From Phoronis australis (lineage: Eukaryota; Animalia; Phoronida): DNA of 64,000 nt. This document shows, one piece after another, positions 39,374 through 52,740 of this stretch; position 1 is the stretch's first letter, and the number at the start of each line of letters is the position of its first letter. The notes under the pieces were generated by a model that saw only the letters and a list, made by a program, of their open reading frames with translations, was not told the origin of the DNA and did no database searches. A program made the position numbers and the translations under genes. The stretch covers positions 292,666-356,665 of the forward strand of contig NMRA01000407.1 in NCBI GenBank assembly GCA_002633005.1. The letters run 5' to 3'.

Positions 39374-39594
39374 GTAACTATAATTATTGGCTGATCATTT
39401 TGTTGAAATAACATAGTTTGTTGTTCTTGTCATTTATGCTGATCATCTTACTGTCACTTGGACACTCTTAACTGTCTGGACATCGCATGCAGTGCTTCAA
39501 ATGCATAATGATATCTCCTAGAGATTTGCACTAGGTCGACAAACTCTTATTAGTGAGTGAAGCCCAGGTTAAGATAATTCAAAAGACAGTGCAT

Positions 39595-39832
39595 GAGACC
39601 CATTTTATCAAAGGTTTTAAAACTAGTCGTAACTAAGACGGTCATAGGCACGTTTTTGCGAAGGCGATTCTGCATTTTTGTTTGAGTGAAATAATTACTA
39701 GTCTGATGTAAACCTGTTCAGAATTTCGCATTCCAGCTAAGCAGCCACGGCTGAATTTTTCGCGAATAAAAAAAATGAGATGCAAGGGTAGTAGTTAAGA
39801 CCAGACTTGCAAGCTTTGATAAAACGAGATCC
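39595..39832. mobile_element. Degenerate MITE
   Basis: Imperfect TIR gacccattttatcaaag / ctttgataaaacgagatc. Confidence 0.55.
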
Positions 39833-40159
39833 GTGTTTCCATAAGCCGTTGGTTACATTAATCTCACTTTGGCTGGTATTTGCTCATGGTTGTTTGTAAC
39901 CCGTGTTATCAATGTTAGATTAGCCAGCATTAAGCTGCAGCTGTTAGTGTATTCATTCTTCAACATTGATCTTCAAATGTGTTGGCCACAATTTGTTTTG
40001 TAAATGCACAAACCCACTGTTAATAAGTCAAACGGAGGGTGCACACAAGACCCTGTTGTTGGTCATGCCTTACTGTACTGGATATTCAGCTTTTAGTGGC
40101 GGTAGGGCCAGTATTTTTTTTTTTTTTTCGAGTGAACAGTTCGCAAAACCAGATCCCAG

Positions 40160-41350
40160 GCCGTGTTGAACCATTTTTCGACAAAGTTTTTGTCCTTATT
40201 TTCTAGGGACATAATTGCAGACCTATGTACCATATGTAAAAAATGTGGATTCCTACGAAAATTGGGCTTCTAGTACCCAAGTACGCAAGACCAGGCAAAA
40301 ATACCCAAATTTGAAGCATATTATTTACTGACTGGTATGGTCCACGTAGTGATAAGCTGATAAGCAAAAATGGGAGATTCTTAAATTAGAAATTAAACAT
40401 GTCTATGTATACAATATATACATATATATGTGTATATGTATATATTCACATTTTTAACCAAAAAACTTGAGTTGCGAAATTGGAAACTTGCTTTGATTCA
40501 TTCTAAATATAGCAAGATAATCCACGAATTACAAGGCCTTTTCTATCAACATTTAATGTCACCGGCCTTAACTATAAATTACAGCTGTGGTTGGTGGGTT
40601 GTTTACTGCGTTTGCTTCTGACTGTCTCCTATTAAATACATACTGTACCGTAGTCAAAATGACAAAACGTGAGAGGTTGCATATTCTGAGCTGTGATGAA
40701 AATAGCTTCTGAAAGAAGCCGGAACATTTGTTTTTGCTACAGTATTCCAAAGAATGGCAGTGTATTATCAAAAAGACAAAAGGACTATAGAATTTGTTTT
40801 GGAAGTTGTGTAGCGCATTGTTTTCTTGCGCACATAGTGGCCACACTGGCTTTGCACCGTCAGCGGGTTAAGGTTTTTTGACAGCCAGTATGTTAGTATG
40901 TGTTTATATAGGCTTTCAATTAACAATTATTCCAAACTTTTGTGGAAGATTACAAACGTATTGTCTGATGTAAAGCATTGTCCAGTGCAGGGTCATGAGC
41001 ACTTTTTGCAGACATGTTCTAGTTTAAGAAGTAAAAAAGTCTTGAAGTCTTCTTAGTTATCTATCTTATCATGGTATGTATTACCATTGTGGCTTGTATT
41101 TACATAATTATGTAACTTCAATAAGGAACCATTCCACTCATTAACGGGATCGTTTCACTACTGCAAACGCAGTCCACCAACTAAACACAATTTCAACAAG
41201 CTAACATGCTGAAAAGTTCAAATTTTCAAAAGTTTGGTCTCTACATGAAAAACTGTAAATTTTCTGAAAAATCTACGTTTCTGGTGTCTAAAATATTCTA
41301 ACACAATTTTTGTGGTACGCAGGTCTGTAATTATGTTGAGGCTTGGTAGA
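40160..41350. repeat. Old dispersed repeat, copy 2
   Basis: See 33380-34800. Confidence 0.7.
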
Positions 41351-43110
41351 AGTAGATTGGTTTTCATTAAAAGTAACCCACATCTCTTCAAGGTGTTTTG
41401 TGTACACGCATGTTCTTGCCAGAAGAGTGCACTTTGTCTTAGAACAGCGATAAAGCTTTTGATAGATTTTCTCCATATAGGGCTTAGCCATTTACTGCAA
41501 TATATGAACTAAAAGTATTGATTGTGCAGAAGGAACTAGATCCAGGCTACTGAGTTTCTATTGACGTCACAATTCAAATTTTTCTTTGCTCTCAGACGTA
41601 GTAAGCATCCTGCAAACCAATCTGCTAGCAGTTGTCGGCGTGTTAGTAACCTTATTAACCAGAATATATCGGGCCTGATTACCTTAGTATGGGTCTAGCC
41701 AATTACCCGCAGGTATTGGCGAGTCTGTAATTTTAATAGACAGCATGCACCACCGGTTGGTCCATCCAGGTGTTACGAGTTAACACCGTTACTGACCTAC
41801 CTTGATGGCTAAAACAGCTGATGTATAGATCTAACCTCTAAATTTAGGCTCTGTCCAATGGGTGGTAAAATGTTTGCAGGATTTAGAAGACAATAATGCG
41901 CCTTTCACATTTTTGCATTTCATTTTCCATTTTAATTAGTGTATACATTAGAGTGTGGTGCACCTGTAATGAAGCGATCTGGAAGAACAAGTCATCTGTC
42001 TTGGTTTGATCGGGTGGCTGTAGAAATTGGTGTTCATTAAGATCCACTAGGCTATTCAGTGCTTTCAAGCCATTGAAAAATACTAATAGGCATTTCATTT
42101 AGATTGATCATTTTTTGTGAATTCTTCAGGGCTGCAAATATTTGTGTGTTCTTCTTTCTCATTGCACAGTTTGATAAAGAGGTCATCAGTTGTTGTAATT
42201 GTCGGCACATTTTTGAATTAACAGATTTTTGTGGATTTGCTCACATTGCTGCCCGTTTTTGTTTTTCAGTCTAGCTAGCAAACCTTTACTGTGTCTGTTG
42301 TAGTGTAATGGCCCAGTCACTTATGAAGTTGGGTGCAGTGATATTATGTGTGGCTAGCACTGTTGCTACTGTTACCGGTCATTAAGCAGAGTGTTTGTTG
42401 TGCCTGGGCCACATGGGTTGTGAACACTTGATAAGTCTGACCTAGGTGTAATGATAAACAGTCTGATGGTCAGTTGTCTTTACATGCACCTTGTTCACAA
42501 ACCAGTTCACAATTCTGTACAAAGAAAGAATCTGGTGACAGCTCAGCAGTTTCAATACCCACATCCTGAATTCCTCTGCTTTCTGGTACTGTGGTGTTTA
42601 CCTGTAATGCTCAACATTTGTCTACCTTGTTTTGGCCTCTTTTCTATGCCGTTTGGATATTGTGCTGTAATTCAACTCTTTGTCTTTCTAATGCCACTGT
42701 AGAGTTTTTGTGCTGTGAGTGCAATTTGTAAAACGGCCACAAAGACCCTACTCACCGTTATTTGTCCTCTGTCGATTACACTTATTATGTTCCTGTGTCT
42801 GTCTTGCAGTCTTGAACAGCACACCGTACACTCAGAGATCTGGCTATTATGGTTGACAGTAACATCAACCCACAAACTTTAAATCTTCCGCGAACACTTC
42901 ATAAAAAGAGCTTCAAATCGTTTTTACTCTGATATAGGATGCCCCCATTGAGTTTAGTAGGTTGTGCAGGAAAGCTTCGTTGACCGCTAGTTGTTTTTAA
43001 TTTTTGTTGAGACTTTCTAACCCAATGACCTTTTACACGCATAAGCCAATCAGTTCATGTGATTCCCAATTAGCACAGTTAAAAATGTTTGCCTGTTGTC
43101 TGTCCACCAG

Positions 43111-43229
43111 GCTACTGCTTCCTACTGTTTCAAGATGAGATGTCAGTGCAGAAGCTGATTGCAGACTGCATTGTTGAAGATGAGAAGTTGTACTGGTGTG
43201 TGTCTAGTCCCACTATGAAGGACAAGCCG
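43111..43229 (+). CDS. CPEB4: CPEB exon, RRM1 (YCFLLFQDEMSVQKLIADCIVEDEKLYWCVSSPTMKDKP)
   Basis: tccaccag| ... CCG|GTGAGT; 119 nt, phase 1-0. Confidence 0.96.
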
Positions 43230-44043
43230 GTGAGTTACAGTGTATGGCTGGTGAACGTTATGAGCACTGTCACCTTATTGGAAGTAGTGCTCTTGCCTAT
43301 TTAAAATGAATATAATGTTCAGAGAACAGGGGGCCTGTTTCTCATGGTGACTTTTGACTTTAGATAAAAGTATTAGAAATATGACTGTGACAGTCTTACC
43401 AAAATATTTTTGTCTATTCATGCAACTACAAACTCCTGTCCATTAACTTTGTGTTGAAGACAGATTTTCAATTTTAAACTGATTTTCGTGAAGCAGGGTA
43501 AGCCATTGAATTTTAGCTAAAAGACAAAAATTAATAGACTCTTCGAGCGTCAGGCCCCAGATTTCATAGCACAAGTTTTCGAGGAAGAAGATGATCTGGC
43601 GCAAGTGGCTGTGGACAAATATTAAACTGGTGGGATTTGTCACCAAAGTCAGACAATGTACCCCACCTGATTAATTTGCCTTTGTGATCAGAAGTACAGT
43701 CATGGTGGTTAATAAGAACTGAATATCAGCTGCAGACTTTCGTAGTTAATTTCTCATGGGCACAATTTTGCAGGTGCTCATGTGCAAGGCAACATTGTTC
43801 TTATTAACTTGGGCCTTTACACCGGTGCAAGGTTCATGTGAACACTGGCCGTACCAGAGACAAGTTGTTCTTGGGGTAACTTGCTGTTCAGACAAAGTGT
43901 TTTAACACCTAAGAAATACTATTCTATTTTTGTTCGGAGGATACAAGGCAATCACTAAAGATTGCATATTAAAAATATATGCCTGAAGTTCCCATTAGAA
44001 ACCCTGTCAGAATTATTTTTGTATTTTATTAATCATTTTACAG

Positions 44044-44158
44044 GTTCAAATCCGCCCGTGGAGTTTGGTGGATAGTGATTTTGTCATGGATGGCTCCCAG
44101 CCGCTGGACCCTAGAAAGACCATATTTGTTGGAGGTGTACCCCGCCCTCTGAGAGCTG
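44044..44158 (+). CDS. CPEB4: CPEB exon, RRM1/RRM2 junction (VQIRPWSLVDSDFVMDGSQPLDPRKTIFVGGVPRPLRA)
   Basis: ttttacag| ... G|GTACGT; 115 nt, phase 0-1. Family motif. Confidence 0.97.
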
Positions 44159-45170
44159 GTACGTTAAATAATTTCAAATGTTGCACTTAAGTTTATATTC
44201 ATGAGTATTAGATATTGGTCTGGTGTTATACTGTTACCCTTATTAACAGTGGTATTGGTGATGTGGCCTGATGTAATGCGAGCTGCTTTAGTTTGGAATA
44301 CAGTTGACAGTAACAGAGTTTGGTAGTGTAACTTGCATCACTGCGGCTACTTACAGTTGTAGCTTCAGAAAACAGCTTACCTGACAACTCTTCTTTACCT
44401 GTAAGGGGACACTCAAATGCAATGTAGGGGCATTGTATGTAGCTTCGCTATAATGTATGCAGTCTGCCTGGCTGGACCCCTCGTGTTTTTTGATGATATG
44501 GCCATCTATTTGTAAGTTGTTTAACCATTTGAATTGGGCTTTACTATTTGATCTACATGTGTCTGGCTTAAGAAATCTTGTCATCAAGGAAATGTTTTCC
44601 TGGTTAGTCCAATGCTTTTATATCAGCTACATTTTTTGATGTGTCCTGGTTGAATTTTTGTGTTTATTCAAATGAGCTAAAGATTAGACATGTTTGATAC
44701 CTAGCATAATATAGTGGCAGTTGGAAGTTTAATTATATCAATAACCAATGACTACTGTTACCTTGCTTGGTTTTGTATATTAATGTTGGATTTATATAAC
44801 AGGGAGACTAGGTGTGCTGGTAGTAGTCATGATATTGAACTACAAATAACAACGAAAGTTTGTGTAATAACATGACCATGAATTCACTAATTGGTGACTG
44901 GGTATTCACTAGGTATTCATTAGGTATTCACTTGGCAGTGCTAATAAACAATAGGTCCCTCTTTTTGACATATGAATAGACTGAGAGTAGAAAGCCATTC
45001 TTTCTCATGGGAAAGAGCGATTGGAGACCCACGTGATTTACCTGGCTGCAGGCATTTTTATGGGAAGGTCCCTTACTACTCTTGCGACACCTATTGAATT
45101 TTGAGTTGCCTATTGAGGTGTTGAAGAAACAGACCTGTGTAATCCAACTGGTTCCATTGTCTTGTTTCAG

Positions 45171-45352
45171 TTGAGCTGGCCATGATCATGGATCGTCTGT
45201 ATGGCGGTGTCTGCTATGCTGGCATCGATACCGACCCTGAGCTGAAATATCCAAAGGGGGCAGGGCGTGTGGCCTTCTCGAACCAGCAGAGCTACATTGC
45301 AGCCATCAGTGCACGCTTTGTTCAACTGCAGCATGGAGATATTGATAAAAGG
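45171..45352 (+). CDS. CPEB4: CPEB exon, RRM2 (VELAMIMDRLYGGVCYAGIDTDPELKYPKGAGRVAF...GDIDKR)
   Basis: tgtttcag| ... AGG|GTATGT; 182 nt, phase 1-0. Confidence 0.97.
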
Positions 45353-45838
45353 GTATGTTTGTGTAGACCAGTTATCCAAATAGTTGGTTGAAAGCAATCA
45401 ATTGGTTTTGGTATGATTTTATATCTTTGTTTCATTGTAAGCCTTACTCATGTTTTGTTACTTTCTTCCACTGGTAAGTCGTGGAGAGTTCAGTTCAGTT
45501 CATATTTTGTCCTTTTTTCAACATTCATTCACAACGGTGCATGTAGGTACAATAGCTCATTACATTTCCTCCATTTAAAAGTTCACATGATCAAAGGGGA
45601 AAATAATTTTTTAATTGCCTTGGACAGAAAGCTAATAGTCCATAGGCTGGTGCTCGGTTTGTACATTTCAGTCAATTGAAGTAAATGAAATTTAAGTGCC
45701 ATGCTGAAGGAAACAACTGTGTGATCCCAATAGCCTGGGATTGAATTGGCAGCATGCTGGTAGAGAGTACACCACACTAATTACTGGATTAGTGGACCGT
45801 GCAGGCTTATTTATCCATCCTCTCTCTTCTTTGTTCAG

Positions 45839-46066
45839 GTTGAAGTCAAGCCATACGTTCTGGACGACCAGATGTGTGACGAGTGTCAAGGAGCACGTTG
45901 TGGCGGCAAGTTTGCGCCGTTCTTCTGTGCCAACGTTACTTGTCTGCAGTACTATTGTGAGCATTGTTGGGCTCAGATCCACTCTCGCCCTGGCCGGGAG
46001 TTCCACAAACCACTAGTCAAGGAAGGAGCGGATCGTCCCCGCGCTGTTCCATTCCGATGGTGCTAA
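45839..46066 (+). CDS. CPEB4: CPEB last coding exon, ZZ-type zinc finger (VEVKPYVLDDQMCDECQG...RPRAVPFRWC*)
   Basis: ttgttcag| acceptor; 228 nt to TAA; Cys/His pattern of the CPEB ZZ domain. Joined CDS is 2031 nt (676 aa) without and 2055 nt (684 aa) with the microexon, frame intact. Confidence 0.97.
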   Translation, partial: VEVKPYVLDDQMCDECQGARCGGKFAPFFCANVTCLQYYCEHCWAQIHSRPGREFHKPLVKEGADRPRAVPFRWC

Positions 46067-48790
46067 GGCGTCCCAGTAGCTGGCCAAAAGTGGCCCGCCA
46101 CTCCATATAAGGCCCTCGTTGTCGACGGGCTCACTTGATTCATTACATAGTTTTTGTTTGCAAAATATCGTCTTTGCAAATCTCTTTCGGGTTCAGTCAC
46201 ATTATATGATATAATCAGACACCATTCATTTATCTGATTTAACTATCTCTGCTAAAGTTATAACAAGTCATGCTTCATTTTACTCACTAGTTCATACCTG
46301 AAAGTGGGAAACTGGAAAGAGATTTGCTGTTAATGTGGTAAATGTCTCATTTAACCTAGATTGGGTTTAGCGAAGATGTTATTAACCAGTATCTTATTTA
46401 ATTAATGACAAGTACCCTTAAACTTAATGCATTGGCACTGCTTAACCATAGATTGTTTTTATCAAACCCTTTTAGTGCAATGTCTTTCCTACATTTGAGG
46501 AGTTGAGCATGCTAATGCGAGAAGTTTATGGGTCACTTATATTTATTGGCGTTTTATGGATGTGTAATATCAATTTAACAGGAAGAAAAGGTGCAGTACA
46601 ACTGTTGTTACTAATTTTATTCAGTGCAGTTATGGTTATATTTATAGGAATGGTAATAATAACTAATTGTTAAATCGATCCCATGGTGGCTTTATTTTTA
46701 TAATTTGCTTAGTATGTACTTGGACTGAGTAGCTGCAATGAGCCTGTGATCTCACCCAACCAAAGAGAATAGCTAATTGACGTTTTTTTATTTTCCCAGA
46801 TGAGTTTGTGTTGATATTTTGTGTTGATTTTGTCACTGTATTCTCTTCATGCATCACAGATTCCAATTCACAACAGCACTTGAGTTATGCATAAATGTTG
46901 AGCGTTCACAGTCGACGTCTGCTGAAAACTGTTTTGGTCAGACACAAAATTTACGCCAATATTTATTCGTTTGTTAATTGATATCAAACTCGTTGACCCA
47001 CTAATGGGTGCCTTGGAAACCCAGAGATGGCAGTGCTGCCTGAAAACTGTTTAGCCGGATTAATGCTGTCTGAGTGTTTGCAGTGCACTTCAGCTTGGTT
47101 TTTTCAATTTTCCTTCCACCTAATTAGTGCCTGGATCTTATGTATATCACATTGTGAGAAAACAGGTGTACCAACTGCATGTAGTCGTAGTTCTGCGCAC
47201 AGAGGCAAATGAGATGCGTTGTGGAGACACGATACATATAGATATTCAGTTAGTGCCATTCATGTTTGTGTGTGCCATATGTGTCGCACAAAATTATCCC
47301 CAGCACGTCACCCGTCTCTACACTTCTTTATGAAGTCTGTGTGGGTGCAGCCAATGAACCGCGACTGGACACCGGCTGTGCCGTTCTTAATGAATGTGTA
47401 GTAACATAGTATTTATTCTAATTGTTGCAAGTGATGATTATGATAATAACTTATAAGTGTATAAGCGTACATAAAATGTGCAATGGGGGAAGGGGAGAGT
47501 GAGTTTTTGCTTTACTCGCTGTTTATATATTGGGTAATTAGGCTCGTTACCGTCGTGGTTTCCTGTGGATATGGTTAGCAGGGCGGTAAACTAAATTTTA
47601 TTCCAAGCATTTGCAAGTTAGGAGCAGAAGAAAGCTATTAAAGGTTTGCTGTCAGCCTCTTGGGAGCTGTGATTGTGGCCTGGTATTGCTATCAGTTGCT
47701 GTGTGATGCTCGTTGGAAACTAGAGCAGGGGCTTCCTCGTATCGTATATAGTTAAGTGGATAGTTTTTGTAATTGGACAAGAGCGAAATCTCTATGATAG
47801 CTTAAAGCCCACCAGTTGCATATATCTGGTGTGGCACAGACGGCTCGTGGTTGGCCTCGTTAGTTATTACTTGGTTTCCGAATGGCAATTTTTTTTGTGC
47901 ACTAACTTATGTTCAGCTGCCTCAGCGTAGGGGCAGCTGCCACTTGGCATTTTCTATTTTTCATAATTGATTTTTTTACTATTTATCTAGTTATTTTGGT
48001 TGTAGCCAACGTGCTCATTTGCCTGTGCACAAAAGGTTTTCGTTGGGTTGTTAGACAATTGTCAAGAGGAATAATTTTTAGTTTCATTAAGTAAACGAAA
48101 ATTAAAGTAAAAAAAGAGTGAAGGTGAAGGGTGGAAGTTTGAACTAAATGTAGTGCACTCTACTAACATCATCAAGTGCTGTTGAAAGTCTGTTGACAAA
48201 GTGATGACTTTGTCATCTTTGGCTTCTTAACTAGGTCAAAGGTCGTCCGTTGGACATATCAGTGTTTTGTGTATGTTTTGTGTGGTGTCCTATTGGCGTA
48301 CACTTTTGCAGTGTACTATTTAATATTAAATAAAAATTTCTAGTTTTTTGTAACAAATGTTCACAGTTTGTGCACTTTTCTTTGCACTGTTTTGTAATAG
48401 CGTTTCAGAGCTTTGAATTTTTCAGTGTTTCCACGATGGTTGTTTTATACTTTAGCTTTTTAAAAAAGACAAAAAATACTTGTTCGTTTACCCAGTGTTT
48501 ATAGTTCTGCTTTAATATATTTTCCAAGTTGAAAGTATTTATAAACTATTTAATAACATTATAGGATTTGATTGGGATTAAATTAACTAATTTATGGTAA
48601 ATCTATCTTTTCACAGACATCTGTTTTAATGGGAGTGTTAGGTCAATATGTCATTGTCAGTGTTAGCCTGACCTGTGTGTCTCGTAGGTCATTAAGCTCA
48701 GTTTAAGTTGAATGTAGACTGCATTCTACCTAATGTCTTAAATTAGTTTGTTTTCCATACAGCTAGGGATGTGGTGCTAATTGTAATAAT

Positions 48791-48876
48791 CAAATTGCTT
48801 GGTACTGCCATGTAGTGCAAATTGCTTGGTACTGCCATTCAGTGCAAATTGCTTGGCACTGCCGTGTAGTGCAAAT
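48791..48876. repeat. 27-bp tandem repeat x3 in putative 3'UTR
   Basis: caaattgcttggtactgccatgtagtg units. Confidence 0.85.
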
Positions 48877-49504
48877 TTCTCCTCAACTGCTCATACTCAC
48901 TGGATTCTTTGTTTCATTGTCAGTAAAGTGTGTCCTCTTGTTTCAAATTGTTCATGTCAAATATTTCCTCAGTTGACAACCAGACACAATTGATGTCATG
49001 TTTGGTGTTTGCATATTTGCATTTTAATATTGAAGATAATGAGTCCTTCAGTGACACTTTCTCGTTGTTAAAGGTGCGGCAAACCCATCTTTTGAATAAA
49101 ACATTACCTGGTACTTTAGTTTCGACTACTTACAGTTACAATGTTGGTATCAAATTGTTCTTTACCCCAATTAGAAGTATTTTGTTACATAGTCCAGATT
49201 CATTTAGTTGACTTGATCGTTACAGTCAGTTTGTGAGCCGAATATGGTTTTGGCCAATACAGTTCCTCCCAAGTGGAGGGATTACTTCTTTAAAATAAAA
49301 GACCAGTTTAATAACTTTGCAGTGAGTGTTTATATAGAAGATGGGTTTATAGCACCTTCAACTGTTGCTGTCACTTGACAATACCTTGCTTACCATAGTG
49401 TAGTCTAGTGCAAACTGGTTTGAATACATTTTACTTAACTTTTAATGTTGTCGCAAAAATAACAAGATAGTTTTGGTAAGGCACCTAGACTTGCCAGCCC
49501 GTGT

Positions 49505-50265
49505 GCAAAACTTGTCTCACTCAAGCTGTTCCCCTCTCACAGACGTGATTCCCCTCTCATGTACGCCAGTCCCCTTTCACACTTGTGATTTCTCTCTCAT
49601 GTATGCTATTCCCCTCTCACGCTGCCATACTTCCCCAGCTGGCACCATTTTTCACATCTCACGAAATACTCGTTTGGTCACGCACAAACCAACCATGTTT
49701 TCGCTCATTATTCCTTTCCTGCAAAAGTTATTCTACTGTGTGTCGTAGACTGTTTTTGTCTCTCGAACCACTTCACTTGAAAACCTGATATGAAATTGAT
49801 ACGCACAAATCAATTCTGAATAGTTTCTTTGATTGTTTGTTTTAAACAGAACCACTTCTCAACTAACTCGCTTTCATTCTAAAAAACTGTGTGAAAATGC
49901 TGTGGACCTTTCTTTGCGCTTAACAATACAAATGGCTGTCCTTGTATGTCTTGATCTCATGAACACGGGTATTTAGAAAGTATAAATAACCTTTTCAATG
50001 AAAAATGAGTAATAACCACAGTTTGTAATGCTAAAAGATAATTTCTGTTATTTTCAACATATTCGAATGATTAAAAAAATGAAACTGCAATTTAATGCGA
50101 AAATAGTGTAGCAGCTCGATCGATAAGTGAATGGGGATGAAATGACAGTGAATAATGTGTGGTTGGATAATTGGTCTGTGGGCGATCATAGAAGTGTGTC
50201 CCAGAGGCTTGGAAAATGGTGCGGGATGAAGCAATATGTGTCCGTGAGAGGGGATTTAGCGTGGG
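49505..50265. mobile_element. Probable old TIR element inside the putative CPEB 3'UTR
   Basis: Left-end tandem cccctctca(c/t) motifs and an inverted gtccgtgagaggga near 50240-50253. Confidence 0.4.
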
Positions 50266-52734
50266 GTCAGTACACGAGCTTGGCAGTCTAGGTAGTTTGG
50301 TATGACAGGGAGAGCCTGTGTTGCAAGGGCGTAGCGAGACGTTATTAGCAGGTTCGCACCCTTTCATAGGGGGCCAAACAAGGATTTACTCTCATTGTAC
50401 TGTTGGTTGTTATGTTTATTTAGACAATAGCATTTCTGAAAACACGCGAAAATTGTCGTATCAAATGTTTGGATTTTGCCTAAGTTGCCAGTAAGTACAA
50501 ACATAGCTATTTTTTGGTGAGCTACGCCGCTGTGTTAAAAATCTTTCACAAAATTCACTCTCAGGGACGTTAGATCATTATTGATATTGGGAAGTCTCGT
50601 TATTCTATTTATCAAAAGAAAAAGTTGTAACGATGCATGGAATGTGGTGTGGTATAGTGAATTTCATTGCTTCATTTATGTTGATTGATGTCTTTGAAAA
50701 CTAAATTTTCCGTGTTCTTGATGTGTCTATTTTTCTAGTTTGAAATTTGTGCAAAAATGCTCAATACATTAAATGCTGTTGGTTAAAACAATCCTCATGA
50801 AAAACTGGCTGTCTGAAGTACTATGGGAATCAGTGGGCTGCTATTTGTGTCTGGGGGGAAATTGGACAAGAAATCACTTTGGTTGTTGTTCAGTTGTTAC
50901 GTTTGCAAGTCTTTCCTAAACATTTGTTGATATTTTATTTCAAAAAGCATAGGAGTTGTTGAGCTAATTCATCATCCACCCCACTATTTTTGTACTTTTG
51001 CTGTCATTGTTTAAATCCCGTTTGTGTTTATTAGGTAGCAGCTGTATTTTATTGGACTCCACAATTTGCCAGCTTTGTCAGTAATAGGTTATGGCCTCAT
51101 TTTATCGTGCTTTTGTTGGCTCCACTGTTCTCCCTGTGCAATAAACGGCCTTTTAGAAGTCTATTTCATTGGCAACATGATTGCAGTTGTGATCTTAAAC
51201 ACAAAATGCAGTTTAGGAACCAACATGGCCGATGAGTGAAGTTAGATTTTTATTATTTTTCAATTTAACATATGCAGTACCAAATGCTTTTCTATGTTCA
51301 AGCTCTCTATCACGGCTGCGATCAATATGTTTTTGAAAAATTGTGGACATTCACAATAGTGTCAGACGCCCTTGAGAAATCAAAGGTTATTTTGGCAATT
51401 ATTTTTTCCCAAATTGGTGAGATTTTACCGACTGCTATTTGGCCCTAGGTAGTGGTGTGCGTTACCTGTAAGATGTTTAGCCCTGAACTTTGAAAAGTCA
51501 AATTTGTCGAATAGGAGATACGTGTTTAGTGATATTGGTTCGTGTTCAAGTGATCTTCCTCGAGCTCTTTGTCCTAACAGTTACTGTCACTATACTACAA
51601 AATATTACTAATTCATATTCGTCTAATCAAGTTGCTTTAACTTACCACAAAATTTATCCAGTGCTGCTAATTATTGCTTGTAATGGAATTTGAAATACCA
51701 AGTCGTACATAAATTCATTTGCCAGCTTGCAATATGTCCCCAGTATTACTATAGACTAGTTAAGGTTGTGTATAATCGCTTATTTAATATCTATTAACCT
51801 GTTATCACTTAATAAAAGGATTAGCCAAGTTTATTTTTCGTTGTCAGGATTATTTTTGGATGTCATACATTTTTTTAGTATTAAACATTTTGTAGAATGT
51901 AGCGTTGGTTTCTAAATTTTGTAAACAAGTCCGAGTTAGTTTTGTCCTTGTATGGTTGACAATTCTTGGTAATTTTTTTAACATTTCATTTTTACATTGG
52001 TTCTACGATTTTCTTCCATGCTGTTTACATCGTTTCAAAATTGCCAAATATTGTATTGTCTGTTGGTACTCCGCTAGGCAGAGATGTCGTTTGTTACAGT
52101 AATATTAACCGTACTTGGGTGTCTATTCGCTTTGGAAATCTACAAAATGAGTGTGAACAAGCATTAACCAATGGAATGTGGCATTTCTTTGCATACAGGT
52201 ATCACAGGTTTTTGAGATGAAGTGGGCATTTTCTGCTGTTTTTTTGAGCTTTGATGATTGTGCAGCGATCATACACTGCCCAAATGCAGGTTGAGAAAAC
52301 ATGCGTCTTTACCACTGGAATGTGGTTAGTCCGAAAAGGTTGATTTTGATTTTCAAACCCGAGGTGACTTTTGTTGCATTTGTCGCCCTATGTCACTGTT
52401 TTTCATCACGGCGACATTGACATTTCATCTGGTTCAGTGCAGTTCATTGGTAGACGGGTTTCCTTGCTAGTTGTGGTGTATTTTTCTTAGTTGTTTTTGT
52501 TACAGAACTGGAATATGATATCTAAAGTTTCTATGTTTTATAATCAAGCTTTCTTTTATATGGGTTATGTGTGAATGGATTTTCATAGAATAGGTGAGAG
52601 TTGATTTATTTTATAAATTAATTCAGAGTAATTTTAAACCCATAGGTTTGGACGCTGTTCCTGAAGCAGTTTATTAACTCTGCTGTCTGATTTCTACTTT
52701 CATTTTTATGAATTTGTGTACTAGATAATTGGTC

Positions 52735-52740
52735 AATAAA
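52735..52740 (+). terminator. Candidate distal polyadenylation signal of CPEB gene
   Basis: AATAAA preceded by TTTTTAT (52703) and TGTA (52717), followed by tgttgcactttgtcttcc. Confidence 0.55.

Noticed and set aside
33380-41350. Repeat pair flanking two RRM1 exons as a circRNA driver
   Set aside because: The copies are in direct, not inverted, orientation and are highly diverged.
42810-42851. In-frame 42-nt candidate exon within the RRM1 intron
   Set aside because: Weak donor (GTTGAC), and it would interrupt the RNP1 region of RRM1; no support.
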